Shown: piece after piece, positions 14,500-27,460 of the stretch
Layout: every line of letters begins with the position of its first letter
Position numbering within the stretch: position 1 is the first letter of the stretch
From: Rhizophagus irregularis
Lineage: Eukaryota
Assembly (NCBI RefSeq): GCF_026210795.1
Contig: NC_089432.1
Span: forward strand, 1,364,001-1,428,000
Reading direction: 5' to 3'
Length of the DNA stretch: 64,000 nt
Made by a program: the position numbers and the translations under genes
Notes under the pieces: model-generated
The model's database searches: none
Told to the model about the DNA's origin: nothing
The model's input: only the letters and a program-made list of their open reading frames with translations

Positions 14500-14757
14500 A
14501 ACTTTTAGTGCGAAAATATGTTTATTTACATATTTAAAAAATAAAATTACGTAACAAGATTTGCTATTAAATTTATTAAAATTTTTTGTGTAAAATTACT
14601 TGATTTTGGAAAATTATTCATGGGTGAAATTTTCACCTGGAGAGCAAATTAGCAAGATTCTTTTTTAAATAAAATAATCATGAACAAATCCCAATCACTT
14701 ATGTTTTGAACAATCTATCTGGTGGCGACAAAGTCGCCACACATCAACCTAATCTAG
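14500..14757 (+). mobile_element. Helitron 3' end (family A); 5' boundary not determined
   Basis: Hairpin GTGGCGAC-aaa-GTCGCCAC (14722-14740) followed 13 nt later by CTAG (14754-14757) and T. An inverted homologous copy lies at 29566-29770. Confidence 0.8.
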
Positions 14758-14817
14758 TTATAAAAATAAAATATCTTAAAATTAAACATCAAAAATAAAT
14801 AAATTTAAAAAAAGGAA

Positions 14818-15400
14818 TTAAAACCAGAGATCATCTTCGGATATATCTTGATTTTCATCTTGATTTTCATTATCAGTTGCAGTACCTGAGATAAGTTTAT
14901 ACCAAGCTTCAATGTTTTCATCATCAAATTTTATATTTCCTTCATCCATGCTCTCTTTAAACCATGAGTATAATTTTGTTTCTTCAAGTTTATGAGATTT
15001 TTCAATCCAATTTTTTATCAAATCAGAATCTCGATGAAAACATATATATAATGAGTCATTATATAGTAATTTGTTTAAGTAAGGATTATCAAGACTCTCA
15101 TAATCATGAATAAGTTCTTCTCTAAATAACAAAAGTCCAATATTACCATCTTCCTTTGCTTTATTAAATGTATCACTAAAATATTTTTATTTTATAAAAT
15201 AGAGTTAGGCAAATAAAATATTATATAATATTATATACAAATTATTAGATAATAATACTTACTTCATCAATGCAATGATCATATTTAATAAGACAAGAAT
15301 TAAAATAACATTTGCTATAAAAGCAAATAACTTTAATGGCCAATAATTGTAAACATTTAAATTGATTGTGTTCCAATAGTATGCGGAAAGTATAGTATCC
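14818..15400 (-). pseudogene. 3' fragment of a TRP-like ion channel gene (pore/S6 and cytosolic tail)
   Basis: Exons 15400-15263 and 15175-14818 (GT-AG intron) give DTILSAYYWNTINLNVYNYWPLKLFAFIANVILILVLLNMIIALMNDTFNKAKE..., containing the LLNxxIAxMxxT S6 signature. No upstream coding exons are recognisable. Confidence 0.72.
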
Positions 15401-16627
15401 GAGGGAAAGAAAAAAGATAAAGAAATCGGTTTAAAAAAAGGAAAAAAAGGAATCTGAAAAAAAAAATAAGTACCGAAAAAATTCTGAAAAAAAAGGGACG
15501 ATAATTCAGTCCAAAAAGAGTGAAAAAAAATTAATACGGTCTAAAAAAAAAGATCGAAAAAAAATAATATAGGTCTTAAAAGACTAAAACAATAGGATTA
15601 TTTAATAAAAAAAAAATTTTCAGTTTGGGAAAAAAAGTTAAACGTAAATGGGAAAAGAATGAGAAAAAATAAGAAAAAAAAACTAAACCGAAAGAAGAAA
15701 AGGGAGAAAAATTTTTTTCCGTTTGAAAAAAATGAAATCAAAAAAGCTAAAAATATTTAAATTCCGATTAAGGTAAAATTTCATTAACTGAGATTGGATT
15801 AGTTGATTGGAATGCACACGGGACGAATAGTTTTTGACCATAAATAGATCAGGCGGAGGCATGTTCCAAACATCAGATAAATTTTAGATTTTTTAGTTAT
15901 ATAGATTTATCAAAAAATTTATTATAAATTTAATTACAAAATTATTAATATTGTTATGTATCTATATAGTTAAAAACAATCTCACTAAAAAAAAATTCGT
16001 TAATATCAAAAAAAAAATTTCATGCGAATTTATTAGTCAGAAACAATATCCATTGACTAAAAAAAATCTCTAAACATCGAAAAAACCTTAGGATATAGTT
16101 CTAATCTGATTATAGTCTTGACCAAAACCAAAAAAGAATAAACAATATTTTTTGGGTTATAAAAAATTCCAAAATTTTGATAAATTCCGATTAAAAAAAA
16201 ATAAAAAAATCCCCTAAAAAAAAATCCAATAAAAATAAAACAAAAAAATAAATTTTGATTAAGTTAACCAAAAGAAAGAATAATAATAAAAAGAGAGATA
16301 AAAAAATTAATAAAAAAAAAAGACCAAAAAGGTAGTTTTGGTCTTCACGGTAAAAACTGAAAAAATAAAAAAAAATATTATAGAAATGGTTAGTCGTGAT
16401 AATTAAGAAGAGCAGAATGACCGCAAATAAAATGCAATTAATAAGAAAAATTATACCTTTTTTTGTTAGTATTAATATCAGAATAAAAAAAAATCCAGGA
16501 GATAGATGATCTACAGACTACTATTCATGCACGATTACGTATTGGTAATACCAAAAGCCATTCAGCTTCAAACTTAAATTAAACTTAAATTAATTTCTAT
16601 AATAAAAATTTTCTACAAATTCAAACA

Positions 16628-19600
16628 ATGTCAGGACCTATTATACCAATAACTGTCACTGAAGATTCAAATAATGAATGGACTAATTGGCTTGAAGAAG
16701 CTATTGCAAAAAATTATTTTAAATATTATGAATATAATCATTTTAATAATATTGAAGAAATTGGTTCTGGAAGTTTCGGAAAAGTCTACCGTGCTAAGTG
16801 GAAAAGTTCTCATAGTTATTTAGCGTTGAAAACTTTTTTTAATTTCAATAATATCACAACTAAAGAAGTTGTTAATGAGGTAATAAACAATATAATATGT
16901 ATACCATATATCTCTTCTTTATTATGACTTTTAATTAAAAATTTACTTACGAATTAGCTTAGACTTCAGCGCGAAGTGGATTTCCATGAAAATATTATTC
17001 GTTTCTTTGGCATTACAACACGTATGATGATAAATTTTATAATAATAATGATATTAAATTTCATAAATTTAAAATAATTTTTTTTTTTAATAAGAAAATC
17101 AAAATGATAGCTCCATAAAATATTGGTTAATAATGGAATACGCTGATAGTGGTACTCTTCAAGAGTATTTGAAAGAACATTTTCATAATCTTACTTGGAA
17201 CAATAAACTTAACCTAGCATTTCAGCTAGCTCATGCTGTATTATGCTTACACGATGAAGGAATCGTTCATCGTGATCTGGTAATTCATTTACATTTTATT
17301 ATTTAATATTATATTGTACAGTACATATTAATTAATCGATTTATTAATATACTTTATATTAAATAGCACTCTAAAAATGTATTAATCCATCAAAATGTCA
17401 TAAAGTTGGCTGATTTTGGTTTATCAAAAAGGATTGATGAAGCATATAAATCACGATCGGACTTATTTGGTGTAGTTCCATATATTGATCCAAAAAAATT
17501 CAGTTTTCAACAATATTCTTTAAATAAAAAGAGTGATATTTATAGCATTGGTGTACTTCTTTGGGAAATATCAAGTGGTCAGCCGCCCTTTAAGGGAATG
17601 TCATCTTATAGTTTAATTATACAAATTTCACAAGGACTTAGAGAAACGCCACTTCCTGACACACCTACTGCTTACATTAATCTTTATACTGGTAAATAGC
17701 ATGATTTGATTGTTATGAAGATATCATTATTTAATCTAATATAACCAACTTTTTTTTTAGAATGTTGGAATTATGAGCCAGACAATCGTCCAACTATCAT
17801 TCAGGTAGTTGATAAATTAAAAGCATTAAAAATTAGTCAGACTAATATTAATTTTAATATAGTGGTTGACGAGATAGTTGTTCTTTATGAAAAAGAAAAT
17901 AATAAAGTGTTTAAACAGAATAATCTTAATTATCTTAATGATAGTTATAATATGACATTACAAGAATTTTATAATTGGTTATTGAGTGATCAAAATAATT
18001 CCAATTCTATTCTTTTACTTGGAGTGTTTAATCATTTAGGAATTGGAATTAGTATTGACAATAATAAGGCATTTGAATTGTATCAAAAATCAGCAAATTT
18101 AGGAAATGCAAATGGAATAAATAATTTAGGACATTGTTATGAAAAGGGAGTTGGAACTAACATTGACAATAATAAGGCATTTGAATTGTATCAAAAATCA
18201 GCAAATTTAGGAAATGCAAATGGAATAAATAATTTAGGATATTGTTCTAAAAATGGAATTGGAACTGATATCAATGAAAAAATGGCATTTGAATTATATC
18301 AAAAGGCTGCAAATTTAGGGAATGTAGCTGGAATAAATAATTTAGGACATTGTTATAAAAAGGGAGTTGGAACTAACATTGACAATAATAAGGCATTTGA
18401 ATTGTATCAAAAATCAGCAAATTTAGGAAATGCAAATGGAATAAATAGTTTAGGATATTGTTATGAAAAGGGAATTGGAACTGATATTGACAATAATAAG
18501 GCATTTGAATTGTATCAAAAATCAGCAAATTTAGGAAATGCAAATGGAATAAATAATTTAGGACATTGTTATGAAAAGGGAGTTGGAACTAACATTGACA
18601 ATAATAAGGCATTTGAATTGTATCAAATATCAGCAAATTTAGGAAATGCAAATGGAATAAATAATTTAGGATATTGTTCTAAAAATGGAATTGGAACTGA
18701 TATCAATGAAAAAATGGCATTTGAATTATATCAAAAGGCTGCAAATTTAGGGAATGTAGCTGGAATAAATAACTTAGGACATTGTTATGAAAAGGGAGTT
18801 GGAACTAACATTGACAATAATAAGGCATTTGAATTGTATCAAAAATCAGCAAATTTAGGAAATGCAAATGGAATAAATAGTTTAGGATATTGTTATGAAA
18901 AGGGAATTGGAACTGATATTGACAATAATAAGGCATTTGAATTGTATCAAAAATCTGCAAATTTAGGGAATGTAGCTGGAATAAATAATTTAGGAGATTG
19001 TTATGAAAAGGGAGTTGGAACTGACATTGACAATAATAAGGCATTTGAATTATATCAAAAGGCTGCAAGTTTAGGGGATGTAGGCGGAATAAGTAATTTA
19101 GGAGATTGTTATGAAAGGGGAATTGGAACTAGCATTGACAATAATAAGGCATTCGAATTGTATCAAAAGGTAGTAAATTTAGGGGATGTAATTGGAATAA
19201 ATAATTTAGGACATTGTTATGAAAAGGGAGTTGGAACTAACATTGACAATAATAAGGCATTTGAATTGTATCAAAAATCAGCAAATTTAGGAAATGCAAA
19301 TGGAATAAATAGTTTAGGACATTGTTATGAAAAGGGAATTGGAACTGATATTGACAATAATAAGGCATTCGAATTGTATCAAAAATCAGCAAATTTAGGG
19401 AATGTAGCTGGAATAAATAAATTAGGAGGTTGTTATGAAAAGGGAGTTGGAACTAACATTGACAATAATAAGGCATTTGAATTATATCAAAAATCAGCAA
19501 ATTTAGGGAATAAAACTGGAATAAATAATTTAGGATACTGTTATGAAAAGGGAGTTGGAACTAACATTGACAATAATAAGGCATTTGAATTATATCAAAA

Positions 19601-20207
19601 ATCAGCAAATTTAGGGAATGTAGCTGGAATAAATAAATTAGGAGGTTGTTATGAAAAGGGAGTTGGAACTAACATTGACAATAATAAGGCATTTGAATTA
19701 TATCAAAAATCAGCAAATTTAGGGAATAAAACTGGAATAAATAATTTAGGATACTGTTATGAAAAGGGAGTTGGAACTAACATTGACAATAATAAGGCAT
19801 TCGAATTGTATCAAAAATCAGCAAATTTAGGGAATGTAGCTGGAATAAATAAATTAGGAGATTGTTATGAAAGGGGAGTTGGAACTAACATTGACAATAA
19901 TAAGGCATTTGAATTATATCAAAAGGCTGCAAATTTAGAAAGTCCAAGTGGATTAAATAATTTAGGATATTGTTATTCTGACGGAATTGGAACTAGCATT
20001 GATTACCAAAAGGCATTTAAATTATTTCAAAAGGCAGCGAATTTAGGATATAAATCTGCTCAATGTAATGTTGCTACAATGTATGAAAATGGTTTAGGAA
20101 TTGTTAAAAGCATAGATATAGCGATTTATTGGTATAAAAAATCTGCTGAACAAGGAGATCAAGATGCTCAGAATCAACTAGAAAAGCTATTAAAGAATAA
20201 AGAATAA
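16628..20207 (+). CDS. TKL protein kinase fused to 20 Sel1-like repeats (5 exons)
   Basis: Exons 16628-16879, 16958-17021, 17095-17279, 17367-17691 and 17761-20207, all GT-AG. Motifs GSGSFGKV, LALK, HRDLHSKN, DFG, YIDP, DIYSIG, then 36-aa KAFELYQKxANLG repeats ending in the AIYWYKKSAEQG cap. Confidence 0.93.
18039..20198 (+). repeat. 108-bp coding tandem array, 20 units, with higher-order duplications
   Basis: Units 1-4 are nearly repeated as 5-8 (432-bp period) and units 13-14 as 15-16 (216-bp period). Units are close to identical at DNA level. Confidence 0.95.
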
Positions 20208-22019
20208 TTCATTTAAGGTAATTTAAAAACTTTTTTTATTTGATTCTTTAAATATTATTTTATATCATTAATTCTTCATTTAATTTTTTTTATAATAAAC
20301 TATATTGACTTTGTAAAGATATAATATATATACTATGAAATATTTAGTTGTAAATTCTCATTTTATGAGTTACCAAATTTGTACTCCCAAAATGTCTTTG
20401 ATCAATATTTAGAATTAATTTAAAAGATATTCTAACGTGCTCATGAATATTTAATACTATATTATAATGCTTAAGAGATATTCTATAGTTTTTTTGCATT
20501 TGAATAACCAGTTTTGTTTATTTTTTTAATTATAATTTTTTTACTAAGTTATGATTTCTAGTACAATACTGACGACCATAATATTTAAAATTGACAAATA
20601 AAGTTTCAAGAAATCTGTGAATAAGCAGTAAAATGAAATATTATAAAGAAAGTGATATATTAAAATTGTGATAATTTTCACGCTTTGAATCCTAACCTAT
20701 GTCCTACCTAATCTAACGTTAATTCTAATTCCATAACATGTACAATATTGTGTAAAATAAGTAATTTCTTTATTATTAATTTAAATTTATTGGTCACAAC
20801 GATTAATAAAAAAATGTATTCGAATAATTAAAATAGTTTGTATTTCAAAATTAATAATAAATCTTTCAATAACACCAAATAAAGTTTACTTAAGTTGTAT
20901 GTTTATTTTTTCGTCGATTGTAATTGAATAAATATACTGTAAATATAATATTCACGAGAGTAGTTTATTAGTAAATAGAAGAGAAATCAGAGCGCAATTT
21001 ATCTTTTATAAAATAAACTTTACAATAAAAAGCAAGACGTAATACATCAAAGAAATAATAAAAGGAAAAAGGAAAAGTCCTATGAAAAGTAAAGAAAAGA
21101 GTAAATTAGTAAGCTCGTTAATATGTAAAAGTAAATATTGAACCAGCCGTTTTGATCAAAAGTCTAGGATTAAACCCTAGATTTATCAGGGACAAAATAT
21201 AAATCAGATATGAAATTAATTAATCCATGTTTTATCTGGTCCATGCACTGTTGATTGCCAAAAATTTACACATTATTATAAAAATTAGTCCGCGTTATGT
21301 TAAATTATATGCTCAAAAAACATCCGTATAAATAATGAATCGTGTAACATGAAACATTATTATAATGGAATTGTAATAGTCACTGATATTTACAATTTAT
21401 AAATATTTATTTTAATGGATAATTTGTAATAAATAAGAAAATATATAATATAGTAACAAAAATAGTATATCAAGCCTTAATATCCTTTTTTAATAATATC
21501 AGATATAGATTTAATCTGATTTACTAATTATTGCTAGAGCTCCGAATCAGGTCAAACGGCTGTCGAGGTCATGTGCACGTTCCGATGGCCAATCTATGAA
21601 AATGTTTGTGACTACCGATTGTGATAAGAATTTTTTTCGAATTTAAGACAAAACCGAAGAGAGCAAATAAAAAATAATTAGAAAAAAATCCGTTTTTTAA
21701 AAATTCGATGGTGACTTTCCGGTTCTTTTAAGACCTTATTTTTAATAATATTTTTTTCGGTTTTTTAAACCAGATTTTCAATAAATTTAATTTTTTTCTT
21801 ATTTCTTTTGTTTTTGTTCTTTTCCCTTTTAGGTTTGGATCGGTGATCGAATTGATGTTGCTATGGTGAGCGCCTTTTTTTTTATTTTCTTTTTCCCTAA
21901 ACTTTTTTACCTTTCAGGTTGGATCGGTGATCGGATCAAAATGAATACATATATGTATTCTTTTTTATTTGAACAAGTTTTCAATCAAATTATTTATTAT
22001 TATGACCCAACATTTTTTT

Positions 22020-22800
22020 ATAATTTAATGGCCAAAATCTCCAGAGAAAGTATTCAAGTTATTTGATTTCACTTCACTTCCTAAAAAATCATTAGTTTCA
22101 ACTTATTAAAAGGGATGATTTACAGATGAAAGAAGTCTTAGTTTGGGAATATTTATTAAAATAAATGGTTTTATTGCAAAATCCAACTCTTATTTCAGAT
22201 CCTAATACTTGGTCAGATAATGATTTAAACAATGGAAAATACTTTGCAATATTGTTCACTTTTGATCTAAGAATTCTTAAAAAAATGTTCGTCCTTATAA
22301 GAAACTAAAAAAAACAACTTAATGGAGATTTATTAAATTCTCATTTAAATCCTGACAGTAAACCAGTAGTAAACCATCTGATAACATTTTACTTCTTAAG
22401 AGCTGTTAAAAATTATGAGAATATTGATTCGAAAATTGTATTGTTTCAGTTATTTCAAGATGAATTAATAGGACAGATAATAATAAATTTGCTCATTTAA
22501 GAGAATTAGTATAAATTTTTATTATTATTAAAAGGAAGTCGAGATGGATTTACCCCTATAAATTATGTGATGATAGACTGTTACTATTACGTTTATTAAA
22601 GTAAGAAATTCTTGGTGGTTATAATTCTTCAACATGGTTTACTACTACTTTATATGCACATATACTGTTTAAAGATTGTTTTATATTTTCTTTCAAAAAC
22701 CAGAATAATTAGGTATTTGTTATGTAAAAGATGTAAATATGCAGTATATTCAAAACAATAGATTTCGTTTTGGTGACGATCTTGCTATTTATGCTTCTAC
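22020..22800 (+). pseudogene. Decayed BACK-TLDc (BTB/POZ family) gene fragment
   Basis: Frame-hopping translation gives DFTSLPKKSLV, IKRDDLQMKEVLVWEYLLK, QNPTLISDPNTWSDND, DLLNSHLNPDSKP, KGSRDGFTP and EILGGYNSSTW, with many stops and frameshifts. Confidence 0.8.
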
Positions 22801-23342
22801 GCCTTAGAGATGGATACAAATATTAAGATGCGATTTATTATCATTCCTTTCTTGATAATGCCAATGAATCGAAATTTCATTACTATCTCTAGAATCTGAC
22901 TGGCACTATAGTATGGCCCCGAAAAAATACACAAAAACTCACAAATGAAAAAGAGATGAGATTGTGAGATAATATAAATATTTTGCAACAGCATTAGTAT
23001 TAGTCATATTAATAAAACATTTTGTGGTGAATGTAGTTGAAATAATTCATAAAATTTTCTTAACAATAGAGGCTAAGATATATCTTTCAGGTTAGTATAA
23101 AAATAAACCAATATAATAATTAATTATTGTTTATTAGATAAAACAAGAAATAAATTATTTTAAACTTTCTCATTTATTCGTATTTATTTTGATTTATTTT
23201 TGGACACATGGTAATAAGAGGAACAAGGAATGAACGTAGGATTCTCTACCAAATTTTAAATTCTGTTTGTTTTTAACGTGTTAGTTGGTTTACTTTAACT
23301 TAACATATTTAATATAGAAGATTAAATTTTTTTAATTTTGCA

Positions 23343-23603
23343 TCTATAAAAATTTGAATTCTGTAACGTGTAGCATGTCTCCGTTATTGGCTATATCACG
23401 ATTTTTCGCTAAAATGGTCTAATATGGTCATTTTTATTGACGATATCATAATTTTATCGCTAAAATTATGATAAGTTAGTAAATTTAAATAAATTAATAT
23501 TTGCTCATGTACAGCCTATTTTCAGAATATTATTTGTGTGTACAATTCACTAGTAAACGGTTTGAGTTCATTGATCTCGGTGCGAAGCAACGGGTGTTGC
23601 TAG
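23343..23603 (+). mobile_element. Short non-autonomous Helitron (family B)
   Basis: Candidate 5' end A|TCTATAAAA at 23343. The 3' end has a degenerate hairpin ctcggtgcgaagcaacggg, then CTAG (23600-23603) and T. The 3' end is better supported than the 5' end. Confidence 0.65.
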
Positions 23604-23605
23604 TA

Positions 23606-23743
23606 CTTTACAGAAACTTCAAGATCGTAGCGATGGCTTAATGCAGTAACTGCATATGTAATTTCTTTACGATGGTCACTGTGTATTTATAACGCAGTTA
23701 CTGCGCATTAAGCCATCGCTACGATCTTGAAGTTTCTGTAAAG
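23606..23743. mobile_element. 138-bp fold-back MITE with TA target duplication (Tc1/mariner type)
   Basis: Perfect 39-bp inverted arms CTTTACAGAAACTTCAAGATCGTAGCGATGGCTTAATGC, extendable inward by AGTAACTGC after a 2-bp indel. TA at 23604-05 and 23744-45. Confidence 0.85.
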
Positions 23744-26504
23744 TAATAAGTCGGTATTCAATAAGTACGAATTTTCAGTTCATTGGTACTCTCGGATTTT
23801 GCTGATTAATTTATTTGATATAAGTCAAATATTTACAATATTAAAGTATTTACATTTAAATAAAACATTTAAATAATATAATATTAGAAAAATTTTCGAA
23901 TTTTAATTTAATTTCTAACACATCTACTGTATATATAGAGATACTTGGTCACACATTGAAATTATTTTTGTTATCGTTACAAAGGAACATATTATTAAGA
24001 TGAAACATCTAAGTTAAATAACAAATTAAGCGTTTATGAAACAAATGGAGAACCACGCGAAGTGTAGTATAGACATTTTAAGAATGCGTAATCCATGACA
24101 AATTAAATTATTATTTTTTTATTCAAATTATAAATAATACGAATAATTGCTAGTGATGCACTTATAAAAGTTAATGCTTGATTTGCAATTTTGCAATTAA
24201 AAATTATTGATTACCATATGTTGGTAAATTCTTCTTACAAAAATATATGTATAAACGTAAATTCATGAAAAATGTATTGCATTATGTCATAGTTATCGCT
24301 ATGTAAATAATTTTATAAGCTGTAGAGCTATTTGAATTTTTCTAATTGCATGATAGACTTTTCCAAAGCATCCAAAAATAAACAAAGTTAAATTTGCTAA
24401 AGCGGACAAATCTAAGTTCTCAACACAGATTTAAATTTAAAGTTAGGTTTATTTTCACTTCTAAACGATAACACGACGCGGAGTATGTTAAATAGTTAGA
24501 TTGATTTACTCAACCGAGTTAGTTTAAATATTTGTATAATTGATATATAAAATAACGTGCTTAATAAATTACATTATGTAAAATTTCACCTGAACTGATT
24601 AAATCTTTTTTCTGAATAGGTTGTGAAATTGTATAGACTAAAGACTAAATCACATCAAAATTATATTTAAAGTTATACTATCTTGTTACTATTTATTACT
24701 ATTTTGTCACTAAATATACGTTTCAGCAAAATAATTTCGTGACAAATTCATTTTTTTGTATTATAGAGATCTCACAATATAATTTTAGCATTTTGGTCGA
24801 CGGAACTAGATAGAAAAACGAAAAATATCTAAGAAAAGTTGTTCATAAGGTATGGAAATACTTGCATATTAATTTTTGTAAGAATAGCTTGAAATTATGG
24901 GTAGTTATAATAATATTAAGATGAGTTCTTGTCTTTTTTTTCTTAATTTCCAGGTGTAGCTTGAATATTTTTTCCGTAATAACACTAGAACGGTTCTTTT
25001 TGTAAAATTTCAGTGTTGATACAAAATAGCATTTAGTGACATCTAATAGAATGTAATTTAATCTAACATCGATAAGAAATAAGTTGCATTCCTGATGGCC
25101 AAGTAGGTCTCTTTTACTCCTCTATATAATTAATTCCAAATCAAAATGTAGAACTGATAAACACAACCTAAATTGAAAAGGAAAATCCAAGAAAATCAAA
25201 GAGATAAGGAGTTCCCATACCATAATCTACCTTCTTAATATCCCACCTGTTAAAAGAAGAAATTATACAATGAAGGATTCAAGAACCTTAAAATTATTAC
25301 ATAACAAGAATCCTTAACTTTTGTAACATGATGCTAATATTATGAATAAACATATTTACGTGACATTCAATACAAAATGGCGCAATAATTCCAAAAATAT
25401 GTAAAATGAAATATTGCAAATATTGCTTGCTCTTGGCCAGTTATTAACTTACAACTGTTTCTCCTGAACACCGCGTAGAGGTGGCAAGCTTCGTTCAGGG
25501 TAAAAAAGAAATCACTTACCTATAATCTTATACAACCAGTTTATAAATAATAGGATTTAAAAAAAATAATAATAATATTTGGGTTGTTAAGAACAAAAAT
25601 TGAGCAGAGACGTTCGGACATATAGATATATATATAATATAACAACATTCACAACTTGACCAATTCTATATGTAAACTGTGTTTTTTTAGTTATGTTCTG
25701 GCCCCAGATACGACTACTTATGCACATGTGCATCAAATCAAGAAAGAAAATTATAAAAGAAAATTATTTACATAAAAATCAAAACAAATAAAAAAAATGC
25801 ACATGTGCATCAGAACAAGAAAGAAATTATTTTTGTAAAATCAAAAATAAGCTTTCTCATCCCCCCATCTAATTATTTGGTTTACATATATACACAATAC
25901 GTACTATGTACATACATACATAAAATACGTACGTATATATACGTAATGTGGGAAAGTCGAACGAGCAATAAACACAGGTTTCTCGACTCAATTTTATTAG
26001 AAAAATTTGTTTAAGTATGGATTTAACTTTTTTAAAGTTTTTAACGTGAAGTTGGTCGTACCTATGGTTTAAAATGAGATGTGGAGTTGGTTGCACCTTA
26101 CCTATTACCATACTTAACAAGAAAAAAATAAATAAAAGAAAAAGAAAAGCGAGAAGGAATAAAAAAGGAGAGAGGAGTTGAAGAGAATAAAGAGAAAAAA
26201 GTGGTTATTTTATACTATATTTTACTTAACCATGATGAGTCATGTTACAAACATGTAAACTCCGATAGTATAGAAAATAGACGTGTTTGCAATAATTTCT
26301 CATGTAATCTTGTATATGACGTCAAATTTTATATACTATTTCTGTGGGCGTATATCAATCATTACATCACTAACCGAAAAACCCATTACTGCGTAACTTA
26401 TTACAGTATATTTTCGTGATGTACAATCGATGTCTAGTACCTCCAATATAAACACAGAATTATAAGAATAATAAGTAAAAATTTTCTTAAAAATCTTTTG
26501 AAAC

Positions 26505-27460
26505 CTAACTAAATATAAAGGTAGATAATCTATTATCAATAACTTGAAATACTTCATATTCCTCTATTTCAAAAGTTTCTCTATTAATGATTTTCTTTTC
26601 ATATGAATGTTGCTTGCTTTTACCAACAATATTATTAATAAAAGATCCTGATGATTTGATATACAAATCTTGTAACCAAAAATATGGTCCCTCATTTTTA
26701 CTCCAAATGATTGCTTCCTTTTCAAAATTGACTCGACTTAATATAGGATTAAATCGATTTGTTAATGAAAATAAAAACTATTTGACGTTTTACATTGATA
26801 ATTTTTTGTGGTTACGAGATCTTTCATCTGCTACCATTTTTGTACGACACCATTCTAATGGATTATATCCACAATCTCTTGGGTGTAATTATAAGAACAG
26901 TTGGTCCCTTATTATCGCAATGTTTATGGAATTTATCAATCCCAAAACCATCGCGACTAGCACGACAAATAACAGATAAGATTAATTTTAAAAGGTAAAT
27001 CTTTAAAATGATAAGGTGTTCCTTTTTCTTATCAATCCAACTTGCTATTAATGCAACATCTGTAGTAATTAATAATCTTGGAGTCAAATATATATCTTGG
27101 CGGCAAAGCATTGGGAAAGTCTGGAGGCTGAATTTGAAAAATATAGTAACTTCATCATCGAGACCATCAGGAAAAATATTTTTAAAATATACAAAATCTT
27201 TTTTAGTTAAAACGAGAAGTAATGTCAGACAATTGTATAATAATATGAATGTGATCTTAGGAGGTTTATAAATCTTATAATTTACAGGTTTCGTTATATT
27301 GTTCCAAGTTCTTAGTGACACCTTCAAAAAAATCACCTGATATGCAACTTCGATGGTTTCTCGTGGCCCAAAAATTCAGATCTTCTACCAGGAATGTGCA
27401 ATCTAAAAGCAACTTTTTTGTCATTAGCAATAATTGTGTTGAACAAATGCTAACCTGGAA
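26505..27460 (-). pseudogene. Decayed TLDc-domain (BTB/BACK-TLDc family) gene
   Basis: LIASWIDKK, CRASRDGFGIDKFHKHCDNKGPTVLII, GYNPLEW and SYEKKIINRETFEIEEYEVFQV lie in different frames; frameshifts and stops. The 5' limit is approximate. Confidence 0.82.

Noticed and set aside
18039..20198. Regular repeats as a CRISPR array, or a DGR target given the nearby RT
   Set aside because: The units are contiguous in-frame coding repeats without unique spacers or cas genes. The RT is a LINE ORF2, and no separate non-coding template repeat was seen.
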